NCBI GenBank assembly: GCA_964252035.1
Contig: CAXUOO010000047.1
From: Podarcis erhardii
Taxonomy: Eukaryota
Reading direction: 5' to 3' (one strand)
Length of the DNA: 61,419 bases
The notes under the pieces are model-generated. The model was not told where the DNA came from and searched no databases. It saw nothing but the letters and a program-made list of their open reading frames with translations. Position numbers and translations under genes: made by a program. Shown here in pieces: positions 28,861 through 40,330 of this stretch; the first letter of the stretch is position 1; every line of letters begins with the position of its first letter.

Positions 28861-28908
28861 TTTACGTAAATGACTTTCGAAAGGACCGTAAAAGACTTTC
28901 GAAAGGAC
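28861..28908. promoter_or_regulatory. Cluster of palindromes: TTTACGTAAA, then two direct copies of GACTTTCGAAAGGAC 22 bp apart (possible cis-element)
   Basis: The structure is read directly (28861-28870, 28872-28886, 28894-28908). The regulatory role is inference only. Confidence 0.25.
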
Positions 28909-31900
28909 AGCCCTATATTACTTCTATCAGTACCGAAACAACAAAAGCGACACACTCAACACTAGAAAATTGCACACGTTCGGGAGTAGTAAGATTATAG
29001 ATGCTCTATACTATTCCGTCCTTGCGAAGAATACAATTCAAAAAATCTACTAGATTTTTGCTGCATCTCCAGATGATTCTGATTAGTTGGAAATTACTAA
29101 TTCCTTCAATATCCACTTCGAGCAGGGGATGAACTGGATCTTGGATGCAGCGCTTTAATCTGTGTCTCACACGACTAGTTTTGCAACAGCTGTGGGTTGC
29201 ATGTGAAATATATGGTGTTTGATATATTTGTCAACACTGTTGAAGGTGTACCTAGGGTTTGTAATCCTTTTCTGATGCCTTCAATTAACACAACTGCCGT
29301 ATAGAAAAGGAGGTCTGATCTCAAGTGCCCCCAGGCTCCAGAAGTAGAGAGAGTGGATTCTATACCTTCTCGTGTGCTAAATATGTGTACCCTCTAGAGA
29401 CGTAGAAAACTTTTTTACTAGTGTCCTCCAGCCCTACACTGGTAGACACAATATCGACTCCTAGGAGCTAGCGACGGCTTGGCCCTACTTACTGCTTACG
29501 AGGACAGCTGAGTTCGCCTATCCTCTTTGAGATCTGTTAGGTATTGGGCTTGTTTTTCTTAAAAACGTTACCACATGAAAAAGTACTTTTCCAAGTGCCC
29601 TCGTACGAAAGGTTGAGTAATAAGTCACAACGCATATTGTTGCTGCTGTTACGGGCTCTACTGCTGTCTATGTTGCTGATTTTATTATACGGCGGTGCCG
29701 CTGCGTGAGCTGCTGTCGTTATTGCTTATACGCTGCAGCCCGTTGAGTTAATAACCAGTGCAGATACCGATGTTAGCCTACTTGTGCATCTGTGCGGTTG
29801 GAACGGTTGGGAAGCGAGTTGTCTTCAATTTTTTCTGCAGAGACAGGCTTGCTAGAATAATTCGGCATCTTTTTCGAAAGTAGATGTGATGAAGCGTTCA
29901 TGTCTGTGGTGCGAGATCAGCCTTTCACAATTATCGGTTTTGCGGCCGACAAGGTGTCGACGGGATCGACGGTGTGCAGAATGTACTGCTAGCAAGCTCT
30001 GCAGCAAACGTCAAATCTCACTTTATTTCCTCCTCCATGGGAAAGGGTCCGCGCAACGTGCGACATATTGCTGCCGATCCTGCTGAGTTGGCTGCAATTT
30101 TATCAGAGAGTACTTCAGATGCTGCAATCAGCAAATGGTAGTGGCATTTATCCGCGTCTCAAACTTTCGTCACCCTGTTTCATCAGCGTTTTAGCGAATG
30201 CTCGAAAATCCATTTATTCTGTTGTTCTAAAACAAGCGAGTTGCGCATGGGGCCTTTTTGGTGTCATAGCCTATCGCCGATTTTACTATATGAAACGCTG
30301 GTAATTAGATTTTTTTTGGTCTTCGTTTCAACGGATCAACGACGCACTGCTCCGTATATGCACCTTCTTACGGCTGCAGTCGCTGCAATTGAACTTGCTG
30401 TTTGCTGTGGCTGTTGCAGCACATATGCCTGTTTTTGTGCCCTGATGCTACTATTTTCTTTTTTCTTATATTACGAAGGTCGTAGCTCCGCCAATTTTTC
30501 CACGCAAGGGGAACCTCCTACTGCAGCTACGAAAGCAATCAGATCAAATTGCGATGTAACATCGGCAAAAGTAGAATTCAGGCGCTAGCCCAGCAGCCTA
30601 GGACCTGCACGAGATGCATTTAACTTAGCATAACCTCACAAATTTGTTATTTCTTCTGTCGCGCCGTGCTTCCTCCGTTTGAGGCGCTTTGTCATTCACC
30701 TTCCCCGTCTACCATCAGATGCTATCCACTTTCGTTTCTTTTTTCCGCTATCGTTTCGTTTTCTAACAGCGTTATGCTATGTGATTACAAACATTTTTTT
30801 CGAAAACTTTTTCGTCCGTCCTCCCACACTGCCTGCGTAAACATTAGAGATCTGTTGAGTATTTATTAATTATTATAAAATGAAGAACTGCGCAGGAAGA
30901 AACTCTTCTGTTAGAAATGGCACTTGTGTATTGATAGGCCCAAACGATCGCCTGCTGTACAATAGAATGATATTAGATTTATTCAGGTATACTACTATCT
31001 ATTCGAATATGTATAGTTTCTAGTAGAGATGCACACTAGTATATGTTACAATCTAAAAGTCTTACCAACCCATTACTCATTCTTCTACGTGTGTAAGCCT
31101 GAAGCTGACGCATTTGCGCATTGTATAAAAATGCCGAGGTTGGCACACGCCATTTCAGAAGGACGGCCTACTCAAGCCGCAAATGATCATATATGCGAAC
31201 ATCTGCTTCCGGCGGGTGGGCACTAGAATATGTAAGTACGTATATATGTGGAGCAGCCGACCTGCTGTATATATGTACGTATACTGATTCATATATGTTT
31301 ACATACACATAAAAAAGTATCCACGTTAAAGAGCACACTATCTAGCGTTGTACTTCGTCTCAGCTGAAAACGGCAGTGTCTGTATAGTAAATGCACGGAC
31401 AATATCGAGATATGAATCTGGAGAATGAGTGCAATTGTGGGCGTCAGCGTGATTGCTCCGAAGACTCGTTGCGGAAAGTTTTGCAGCAGCAGCCTTGATT
31501 ATTCACTTTTACTCAGTATGTTTGAATTTAAGAGGCGCGCTTGTCTACGTATACGCGTGGAAATCGAGCCGTCAGAAACCTTTGACGCATAAGTGTATGA
31601 ATGTATTGGTTTTGTATTTGTATGCGCGCATATATATATGTGTATATATCTGTGTATATACGTAGATATATATGTATATGTACACAAGTTTGGTTGCATG
31701 TTTATGTACACTTTGTTGTTGAGACAACGGAATATACGTGTACGGACGGGATTTCAATTATCAGATAAAGTCATAAATACCTTTATTTTAGTATTCAACT
31801 ATGCAGAAGTGTAATCTTTTTGTTTGAGAATGCATTGCCGCGCTCGGAGTCTGCAGAGCAACGTTTTTGGAAGCACACTGTGGTGTGCAACGGCCGCAGA

Positions 31901-32877
31901 GGCAGCTGCAAGTTTCTTTCACCATCAAATGCAACACAGAAACAACAGTAATGTATTTACAATGCTCTCAAGGAGAACGAAATCAACAGTAAAAGTTCCG
32001 ATGCAGCACTTCGAACAGAGCTGCAGCAGCAGATATTACTACACGATCGATTTCAAAGCAGCAACATTATAATGAAAGAAATCTCTCATTTGGCGGTGCC
32101 ACCACCAAGTACAATTCCAATGTATTCTTCTGAAGGCGGCAGCATGAGTTTTTTAATGAGAACTCTCTGTCTCAAAACATGATTTCGTCAAGCTGCTACC
32201 CTGTAATAGCAACAGCGGCATTGATTAGCTCAGCTTTCTGATTTTTATTGAACCTCTGTTTTGCCCTTGCATCAGTTGCCGCTGTAGTGCTAGTTGTGGG
32301 TTTGCAACTCACCGGTTGGGAAACAGTAAGCCATGCCCTTCTTGCAGCAGCATGCAATGACAATTGATACATGCAGCTTCACTAGCAGCGGTTTTCGGAG
32401 AGGAGTTAGGTACCAGCAGACGTTGAACGACAAGGCAGCGACAGAAGCAGCCTACAGAATTCCCTCTTGGGTATAAGCTGAGAAACAGCCGCCGTGAGAC
32501 TCATTCCAGATCAAGCATCAGCAGTACTGCTTGGCTTCAAAGAAATGCAGGATCTGCAGCGCGGCTGCGTTTACAGCAGCAAGGTATACGACAGGTATTC
32601 GTTTTGTTTTTTCTTTTCCTCTCTAGACGCATGGGATAGGCATAGCAAAGGGACGGTCGCTCCAACCAGACGTGGCAGCGGTGAGGACGAACTGACTAGG
32701 CAGAACAGCAGACACGCTACAGCTGCAGCATCAGTTCTGCAATATGAATAGCTTTCTGTCCGCAGCAAGCTGGCGCTGTTTTCTCTCCTTATTTGTTCCA
32801 TGTCCTTCAAGGAGTGCATAAAAACAAGATAGCAGCTATCGGGATTCGAAGATCACCTTCGTTTCAGTCCTACACGA

Positions 32878-32979
32878 ATGGTTTTTCTGCTTCCTTCTCG
32901 CAGCAGCAGCTCTCCTAAGCGCAAATCAAGCACCATAATCGCATGCATGGATAGATTTACCTTTGTAATGATCCTCTAA
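32878..32979 (+). promoter_or_regulatory. Candidate 33-codon upstream ORF in the ApiAT leader (MVFLLPSRSSSSPKRKSSTIIACMDRFTFVMIL*)
   Basis: ATG at 32878 and TAA at 32977-32979, 162 nt before the main ATG. The transcription start is unknown, so inclusion in the mRNA is not shown. Confidence 0.35.
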
Positions 32980-33141
32980 CCAATTTGTTAGTGCGTCGTT
33001 GCGCAGCAGTGGCCATCTGCAGCTTATGTAATCCACTTTTGCGCTTCCTGCTGCCGCGGTTGCTGCTACCGCCTTCGTCATTGTTCATGTATCTCTCCGG
33101 ACTTTTAACCGGCGGCGGCAGCGACATCATAGTTTGCTTAA

Positions 33142-35646
33142 ATGGAGCAGACAGCCAAATCGATCCTCAGGTGGTTGAAGAGGGCGCTGCCACGTAGCGA
33201 TTTGAAAGGGGCGCAGCAGCCTACTCCCCTGGGGTTAAACCGTTATGTGTTGTTGCTGCTGTACGCGGTGTTTGTAGGCTGCGCAGGACCATCATTTCTA
33301 AACTGGCATTCGATGGCTCTTCTGTTCTTCAAATGTGACGCATTTATAGATTTTTGTGCACGAGACCCAGTTACGGGCAAATACACTCCTGATTTGCGCG
33401 AATCAGCCACAGCAGCTTCTGCAGCAGGCAACAGCGGCGGTGGTAAACCGTACGTATGCGATGCACAAGAAGCAGCAGTTCAACAGCTTTACACCATTTT
33501 CACAGCTACATGCTGCTGCGTTTGCGCTGTAGCGGGCACTGTGGTAGATAGCGTGGGCCCGCGCATGGCAGCAGCAGCAGGGCAAGTTTTGCAGTGTGGC
33601 GGGTGGATTCTACTGGCTTTTGCCAGCACGCACAAGTGTTTCATTTACATCGGTGCAGTATGCATAGGTGCCGGTGCTGACTGTGGTATATTGTCTTTAC
33701 TAAATGCGAGTAGATTATTTCCAGGCGCTTCTGGCGTGGCTATTACTATCTTGACCAGCGCCTTGTCAGCCAGTTATGTTGTGCCCATTGTCATGCTTAA
33801 GATGATGAACGATTGGGGAGAATCTTATCTTACGGTTACTCTGCGATATGCGCTAGTCTGTCCGCTTGTTTGCTTCGTTTTTTCTCTATTCTGTATCCCT
33901 GTTAAGTCATTTCAAGTTTTTTCTGACGACAGAGCAGATATGAAGTCTCGGTTATCCCGCAAAGTGAGCAGCAGTAGCATGATCCGTGTTCGGGGTAAGA
34001 CTAATAGCGATGTAGGTAATGATTCTGCTGTTTCCTCTGCACCCATCATTCAGGGTGGGGTTGCTGTGTCCCAAGCGGCTGTTTCTATTGAAGATTCTCA
34101 GACTGGCGGCAGCACTAGCAGCCGCGGCAGCAATCACAGCAGATTGGGATGGAAGTCTGCTGGTCAGTGTAGGTTTCCTGCTGGTGCTCCTGTAGGATCT
34201 GTTATCGACAGGCCAGAGAAAACTGGATCTGGTGACGGCATGCGCTCTCCTTACCGCTGGGAAGAAGCTGATATAGAGTCTCATGATGCTCATGCTGGGA
34301 TTGCTGGTTCGGCTGGCATTGCACTCGCTGACGTAGCCACTACAATTGACTCTTCCGGTGAAGTTCTTGCGGCCTATTCTCTCAATGAAGGAGCTCCTCT
34401 GCGCAGCAGGTTCGGCAATCAAGAACAAATCAGGAAGGATGGCACTCCGAACGAGTCTTTCAATCCTGCCTTTTCAGATGCAGCGGCGCCGAACAGCGGC
34501 TCTTATCAGTCTTTTCGCTCTGATCAGAACCGCTCTCAAAGTTCTTCTGACGTTGCACGTTTTGACGCTGGTGCGTCTGCAGCAGACAATCGCAGCTGCA
34601 ATGGAGTTGTTCATACAGGTAGCAGCGACAGCAAGTATCAAGCCGCTGGATTTGCTATTCAAGGGCAACGTCCCTCACCTGAGGCTACAGTGTCGGTTGG
34701 TGATGGAGTTGCTGCTGTCGATGACGTTCATTATCGTGCAGTTGATATTCCTTCCTCTGCAAATAGAGGAAGATTTTGCAAATGGCTGCAGAGAGTGACA
34801 CACGGGAAGAGCAGTAGCAAAATCACTGATATGTCGTTGTTTTGGGCCCAGCTGCTATCTGAGCAATACTTGCTTGTGGTCACGTACAAAGTAGTAGTGG
34901 TGTTTGCACTTTCCTTTTTTCAGCAGGCGACTCAGCGACTGTTTACTGACCCGGTGCTGGATGTGCGGCAAGTGTTGGTGCCCCTTTCTTTCATTCCATG
35001 TGTACTGCTAGGTAAAGCAGCAGATGTTTTCGGCATTATGCCAATTATTTTTTTGATGAATAGTTTTGCTGTGGGCATGTTTTTCTTCTCTTTCTTCCAT
35101 GTCTATGCGTGCGGGATCATCTCCATTTTGTGCTTCATCGCGTTTCTCTCGTTTTTCTCCGGTCAAATTTTTGTTTATATAGAATTGACATTTTCTCCAC
35201 AGCACTTTGGCAAGCTCTCAGGCATCAATCTCATGATGGGTGGCGTTACCGGCCTCTTCTCTGGATTTGTATACAGGGATCTTACTGTTATATACTTTGC
35301 CGGTAATACAAAACCTGCACGCATAGCTCTCATCATTCTGTTGTGTAGTCTTTATCTTATACTGTTTCGTCTTCTTTGGCTGCATCGTCGCAATCCTCAT
35401 CTCTACATATCAAGAGTCTTTGTTGAAGCTCCTGCAGGTGCTGTTGCTGTTGACACCTCTAAACTTCCTGCTGCTATTGAGCCTACCGTCTCCTCGTCGG
35501 TGTGTGCATGCAATGAAAGCACGACTGCTGTTGCTTTCGCAAGCGAGGAGACAACATCCCCACATAGGGAAGCAGGAGCGAATGGAGTATCAGGAGCAGT
35601 CAGCGCAGCAGTAGAAGCCGGCGCATTAAACACAGCAGGAGGCTAA
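33142..35646 (+). CDS. Apicomplexan amino acid transporter (ApiAT/NPT1 family, MFS fold), single exon, 834 aa
   Basis: A continuous ORF with two hydrophobic TM bundles separated by a long hydrophilic loop. Family-type N-terminus (NRYVLLLLYAVFVG...LNWHSMALLF...FC, CDAQEAAVQQLY). MFS motif-A-like GTVVDSVGPR, and a second-half LGKAADVFG and TFSPQHFGKLSG. Confidence 0.88.
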   Translation: MEQTAKSILRWLKRALPRSDLKGAQQPTPLGLNRYVLLLLYAVFVGCAGPSFLNWHSMALLFFKCDAFIDFCARDPVTGKYTPDLRESATAASAAGNSGGGKPYVCDAQEAAVQQLYTIFTATCCCVCAVAGTVVDSVGPRMAAAAGQVLQCGGWILLAFASTHKCFIYIGAVCIGAGADCGILSLLNASRLFPGASGVAITILTSALSASYVVPIVMLKMMNDWGESYLTVTLRYALVCPLVCFVFSLFCIPVKSFQVFSDDRADMKSRLSRKVSSSSMIRVRGKTNSDVGNDSAVSSAPIIQGGVAVSQAAVSIEDSQTGGSTSSRGSNHSRLGWKSAGQCRFPAGAPVGSVIDRPEKTGSGDGMRSPYRWEEADIESHDAHAGIAGSAGIALADVATTIDSSGEVLAAYSLNEGAPLRSRFGNQEQIRKDGTPNESFNPAFSDAAAPNSGSYQSFRSDQNRSQSSSDVARFDAGASAADNRSCNGVVHTGSSDSKYQAAGFAIQGQRPSPEATVSVGDGVAAVDDVHYRAVDIPSSANRGRFCKWLQRVTHGKSSSKITDMSLFWAQLLSEQYLLVVTYKVVVVFALSFFQQATQRLFTDPVLDVRQVLVPLSFIPCVLLGKAADVFGIMPIIFLMNSFAVGMFFFSFFHVYACGIISILCFIAFLSFFSGQIFVYIELTFSPQHFGKLSGINLMMGGVTGLFSGFVYRDLTVIYFAGNTKPARIALIILLCSLYLILFRLLWLHRRNPHLYISRVFVEAPAGAVAVDTSKLPAAIEPTVSSSVCACNESTTAVAFASEETTSPHREAGANGVSGAVSAAVEAGALNTAGG

Positions 35647-38600
35647 ATCGATGCTGGAGGAGCCGCAGCTTTTGACTGCATTATCTGCACAGTTTGGGAG
35701 CTGTTTTGTGTACAGTGTTGTTGGATCTGCAACCTTAGTAGTGCTGGCTGCAGCAACCATCACTGCACTGTATGATTAGTGAAGGTTTCATGTCTGTGCA
35801 CATGTAGCCGCTGATGTGGCACTTACAACAGCATCTGCTGTCTTTTCAGTGAAATAGCACATGCAGCAACGGTGTTGCCCTGATATATAGATACTACTAG
35901 AGAGAGTTCTATTTCGCGTGCGAAACGCTTGCTCTTTTCGCTGCAGCTGCTGTCGCTGCTGTAGCCGCAGGTCTCTACTACAATTTTCTGAGCGACTGCA
36001 ACAACAGGTCTGTCACGAAGAAAACATTTCTTTCGCTGACGAGTGTACCAGCTTTTCCAGTGGACAGGTAATATATCATCGCGCGTGATGATTGCAGGAT
36101 CTGTGCGAAGTAGCTGACGAACCTAGGTCTTCATCCAGCAGACGCGCTCTAGAGCCGAGGGTGGACGGAACAGTCTCTTTGACAACAGCGACAGCAACGA
36201 TCTACTTTTTGTATCAACAAACGCAGCAGCAATCAATTTTGCAGTAGATAATTTCACACAGTGGCTGCGGCAGCAGCATCATCACAACAACAGCGGATGT
36301 AGTTTAGCAAGATACGTAGAACTCATTTCTGCAACTTCAAAAAGTAATTTTGGCATTTCAGGACACAATACTGTAATTAGAACAAGCGGCAGCTGCAACA
36401 GCATGTTGCGGTTCTTTTGACAGCAGCAGCAGCAGCCGCAGCGCATGCTGCAACGTTTCAAAATACTTTCAATGTTTGTTTCGTCAACTGGATGCGGTGG
36501 ATGGAGATATGCATGCTGATGGTTGTCCTTACAGGGTGCTCTACAAAAGGGATATTTCGGTTTCGTTTTTAGGTTCTACTTTAGTCAGTTGGAAAGTGAA
36601 AGCAGTATATTTGAACGAGCTATATGTGGGATTTTTATGATAGAAGGAGATGATGATGCTGCACGGACAGCCTACGAATGTATGAGATGACACAATCTTG
36701 CTGTGAAGTCGCGCTGTAGTCTCTATAGTATAACTACAGTCACAAATGTCTACTCTGACTATAATGTACAACGCTCATACTGGGAACGTCTTTGAACGTC
36801 TTCGATATGAATAGAATTGTGGTTGTATCCAAGTGACAGCTTGCGTTGAAGCGAGAAATCATTCATTAGCTTCCGATTTCTCTCTATCAAGGTAGTATGA
36901 GTGCTGCAGAACCTGCTTCGCGATCTACCGCTGAGGAACTTTTCTCAAAAGCTGTAATTACTGATGTGCCGGTACAAACAGCTGCATTTGTGTTGATGTG
37001 TCAGCGGGCGCGGAAATTTATTTTCTCCATTTTAAAGTTACATGTGATGTTTTTGCTTCAGTAGACGAAAAAAAATATCGAGGCCTCTTTACCCACTTAT
37101 TCACGAGGAGGTGGACGTAAAAATATATTTATGTCGTGAGCGTGATCTAATACAGTCAATCAAATGTACAATCCGTCATGTAGCACCAGCCGATGCAATA
37201 ATATGTAGGTTGTATTTATAAGGAGTGTAGTTGTCTGATTTATATGTGTATATATATAATTGGAGAATAAAAATATTCAAAGTGTCCTAGTCGATTGAAA
37301 AAAACAAGTCTGAATTTCCTTATGTCAAAACTTTAGGAAATTTATTTTCAGTGAGCTTGGATTTTTTGGTATCACCAATCAACATGGTGAATTATGGTCT
37401 AAATGTATAATGATTTTTTTGTCGTGATCAATTTTGATCAATGCTAAACACTCGTTTTTTTTGGACAACAGGATGATTCTTGAGACTGGTCGGATGTTAA
37501 TAGTACCTTTCCTGTAGTAAACCTCGACCAAGTTTGCTTTCAGTTAGTTCAAAAGCACTTTGTTGCATATCAACATAAATTACTCCGAAGCTTTTTTTCA
37601 CCATATATCTGCGGTGGTTCATACTTCTTTTTTTACGCTTTCTTTTCTTTCGACTGCAAAGCTGCTTTTTCTCGGCAGATATATCCGTACCCGAAATATG
37701 CTTTTTTTTACGAGTTTCAGACTTTACAACAACGAGCCCGGGTGTTATATTGGGAAAAGAATTTCGGCATGCATACAAAAAATCATGTCCTTATCATAGA
37801 TAGTCCTGCATAATCTACTACTGCCGAAAATATTCAGCGCAATCTTAAATGCAAGTAATGGCTGTAGTAACCCGTGAAACGGCAGCCGCTGCCTTAAATG
37901 CTACCACTGCAACTCCACCATACTTGGTACACACTCTGAAGCGTGACCACACATTGGTACTTGCGTATCAATCGATGGGCAAACGCATAGTTTGCCTTGG
38001 TATGAAAAATTGGCAGGTCTATAGAACATGCATTTCTTATGTGCGGTTGTGTGGAAGCTTAAACAAGTAACATTATATTGTGTTAGTATCTTGTAAGGAC
38101 GTTTTTAACGCTGCTAGACGTGTCAGTCGCGCTGCATCAGCACTGGGATGCGCACCATAAAAGGCGGCTGCTGCTGCTGTTTTAGAGTGTACGACAACTA
38201 GACGAGGTGCTAGCAGGTAACAAACAACAGCTTCCACCTGTCTACAGTTTAGAAGTCTGCTGCTGTTTCCGAATATTGAAAAATTCAGCTGAGCAGGTAG
38301 AGGCAGCTACAAAGTACATAAAGCAGCTTCTATTCTCGAATAGTTATATAACAGTTCTGCGGCGCGTATTGTCGAGCTATAACCACGCAGTACTTCTCGA
38401 TTTCAAACAAGACGTGGTACGTGAAGAAAAGGAACGGTATGCACGCAAAAGCAGATTTGCTTTGTTGGTGTTCTTATCTACATGTGCAGAGTCTAATTTA
38501 CCAGTTTTGCTAAGTGTATGCGCCATGACAGTGCGCGCTATATATGTATCATGCAGATGCGGTAAGAGAAGCGTCTCGTCTACAGATGCACGCTTAGACA

Positions 38601-39647
38601 TCGTACAGAATTAACGCATGTGGCTGCTTCTTGCTTTAAGGATAGTGCACTTAAAGAATTCTGCTTAAACGCTCACATATATCAGAGAGATATAAAGTCC
38701 TTAAACGTATATGTTGATCAATCAGCATATACGTCAGTATAGTTTCATAAATTGTCTTTTCGCCTATACGCATACATACATATTTATATGTACAAACATA
38801 CATAGATGACCAGCGAAGGCGTGCGTCGAGACAGAAAGAGATTTCAAGATATGAAAGTGCGAGTCGTCACTCACATGTTCTAATGCTGCTCAATGAAGGC
38901 AGACGTCGTCAAGTGACGCTGCCCACGAGTATACTCGCAGAATGAAGCCTGAGATTACCAGTCAATTCGCACGCAGATTAGAGCGTTATCCACAGAATTC
39001 TTTGATGACTCGGAGAGAGGCCAGGAAAGACGCTTATGAGGATATATATACAATAGTATATGCACTTGAATCGACATACATACTTGTATATGTAGGTCGT
39101 GAGGAAGAAAACTGTTGCTACGAGGGTAGCGACAACAATGTGATGTTCTTACAGTACCTGTTGAAATGTCAGCAGCAAACATAGCAGCAGCATTGCTTGC
39201 GAAATTTTGTACTGTAAAAGGATCCTGGGACTGTCCATTTTCACGCAGTAAAGTAGTATATAGATTAAAAGGCTATCCTTTAGTCTACTGACTATCCTAT
39301 CGCGCTCACAGGCTTGCACATCATCACAGTGGTTTTACTGTGCAGGTCAGGCACTGAGAATGTCCTAAAAGTCATCGACTCTCTGTTAGCTCCGCTCGTA
39401 AGCAATGCAGTCAATAAAAGACCGTACCAGCTAGGAAAGTTCCTGCTATAATCATTGTGTCCGGAAGAAGACAAATGTAGCAGCAGCTGCTGTGACATGG
39501 TGCGCTGCACATTACCGCGTATGTATCTCTTTTCCTGTCATCTAAATGTTGTTTTAGTTTGATGCACCTAACTCCCTGTTGCTTTATGTTTAAAGGGTGC
39601 ACAGGCACCAGAGCAAAAGTAGAAATTTGAAATTTTAATATATATAC

Positions 39648-39690
<43 letters not shown>

Positions 39691-40330
39691 CATGGAGTGC
39701 GTCAAGCGAGTGAACAGAGACAATAGGAAAAGCAAAAGAGAGGCGAAAAGAAAGCACTAAGAGAAGCGCGAAGAGGAGTGACTTGGCAAGTCAAGCGGAC
39801 GAGATATAGAAAGAAAAGATAGAGATGAAGCGAAAAACGAAACGAAGAACGGCAGCATATTGGAAAGTCTGGAGAGATATTTGAAACAGGAAAAAAAAGT
39901 CAAAATACAAAAGAAAAAAGTTGTATAGGAAGGGTAAGGTTGGGAGACCTAATCTACGGATGTGAGAGCAAAGCTGTTTGCAAGATCAAGCGGACGAGAG
40001 GTTGTAGCAGACAAAAAGACGGAGACGGCGGAAGAGAATACAAAAAACTCATACATAGAGCGAGGGAGAGACACAGGTAAGTTCATAAGGCAGACAGATA
40101 CTAAGGTAGACAGATAGAGACGAGATGAGAGAAAGAAAGAAAAAATTTCATGATATGATGAGATATGGAAAAGGTTACAAGAACAGAGCTACAACGAGAA
40201 AGATACGGAACGAAAAGAGGTAGAGAATTGCAAAAGTGCGGAAACTTCAGCATAAACACGAAGATAATTTGCAAGAGGATACTCTAGGGAAGGAACAAAA
40301 AGAGAAGATAAGCAAAGTGATGCGTAGGCG
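39691..40330. other. Strongly purine-skewed (A/G-rich on +) low-complexity tract
   Basis: Visible composition, e.g. gagaaagaaagaaaaaa and aagaaaagatagagatgaagcgaaaaacgaaacgaagaac; no convincing ORF. Confidence 0.7.

Noticed and set aside
38207-38614. 135-aa + strand ORF as a standalone gene
   Set aside because: It has a GTG start, no recognisable motif and no supporting flanking exons.
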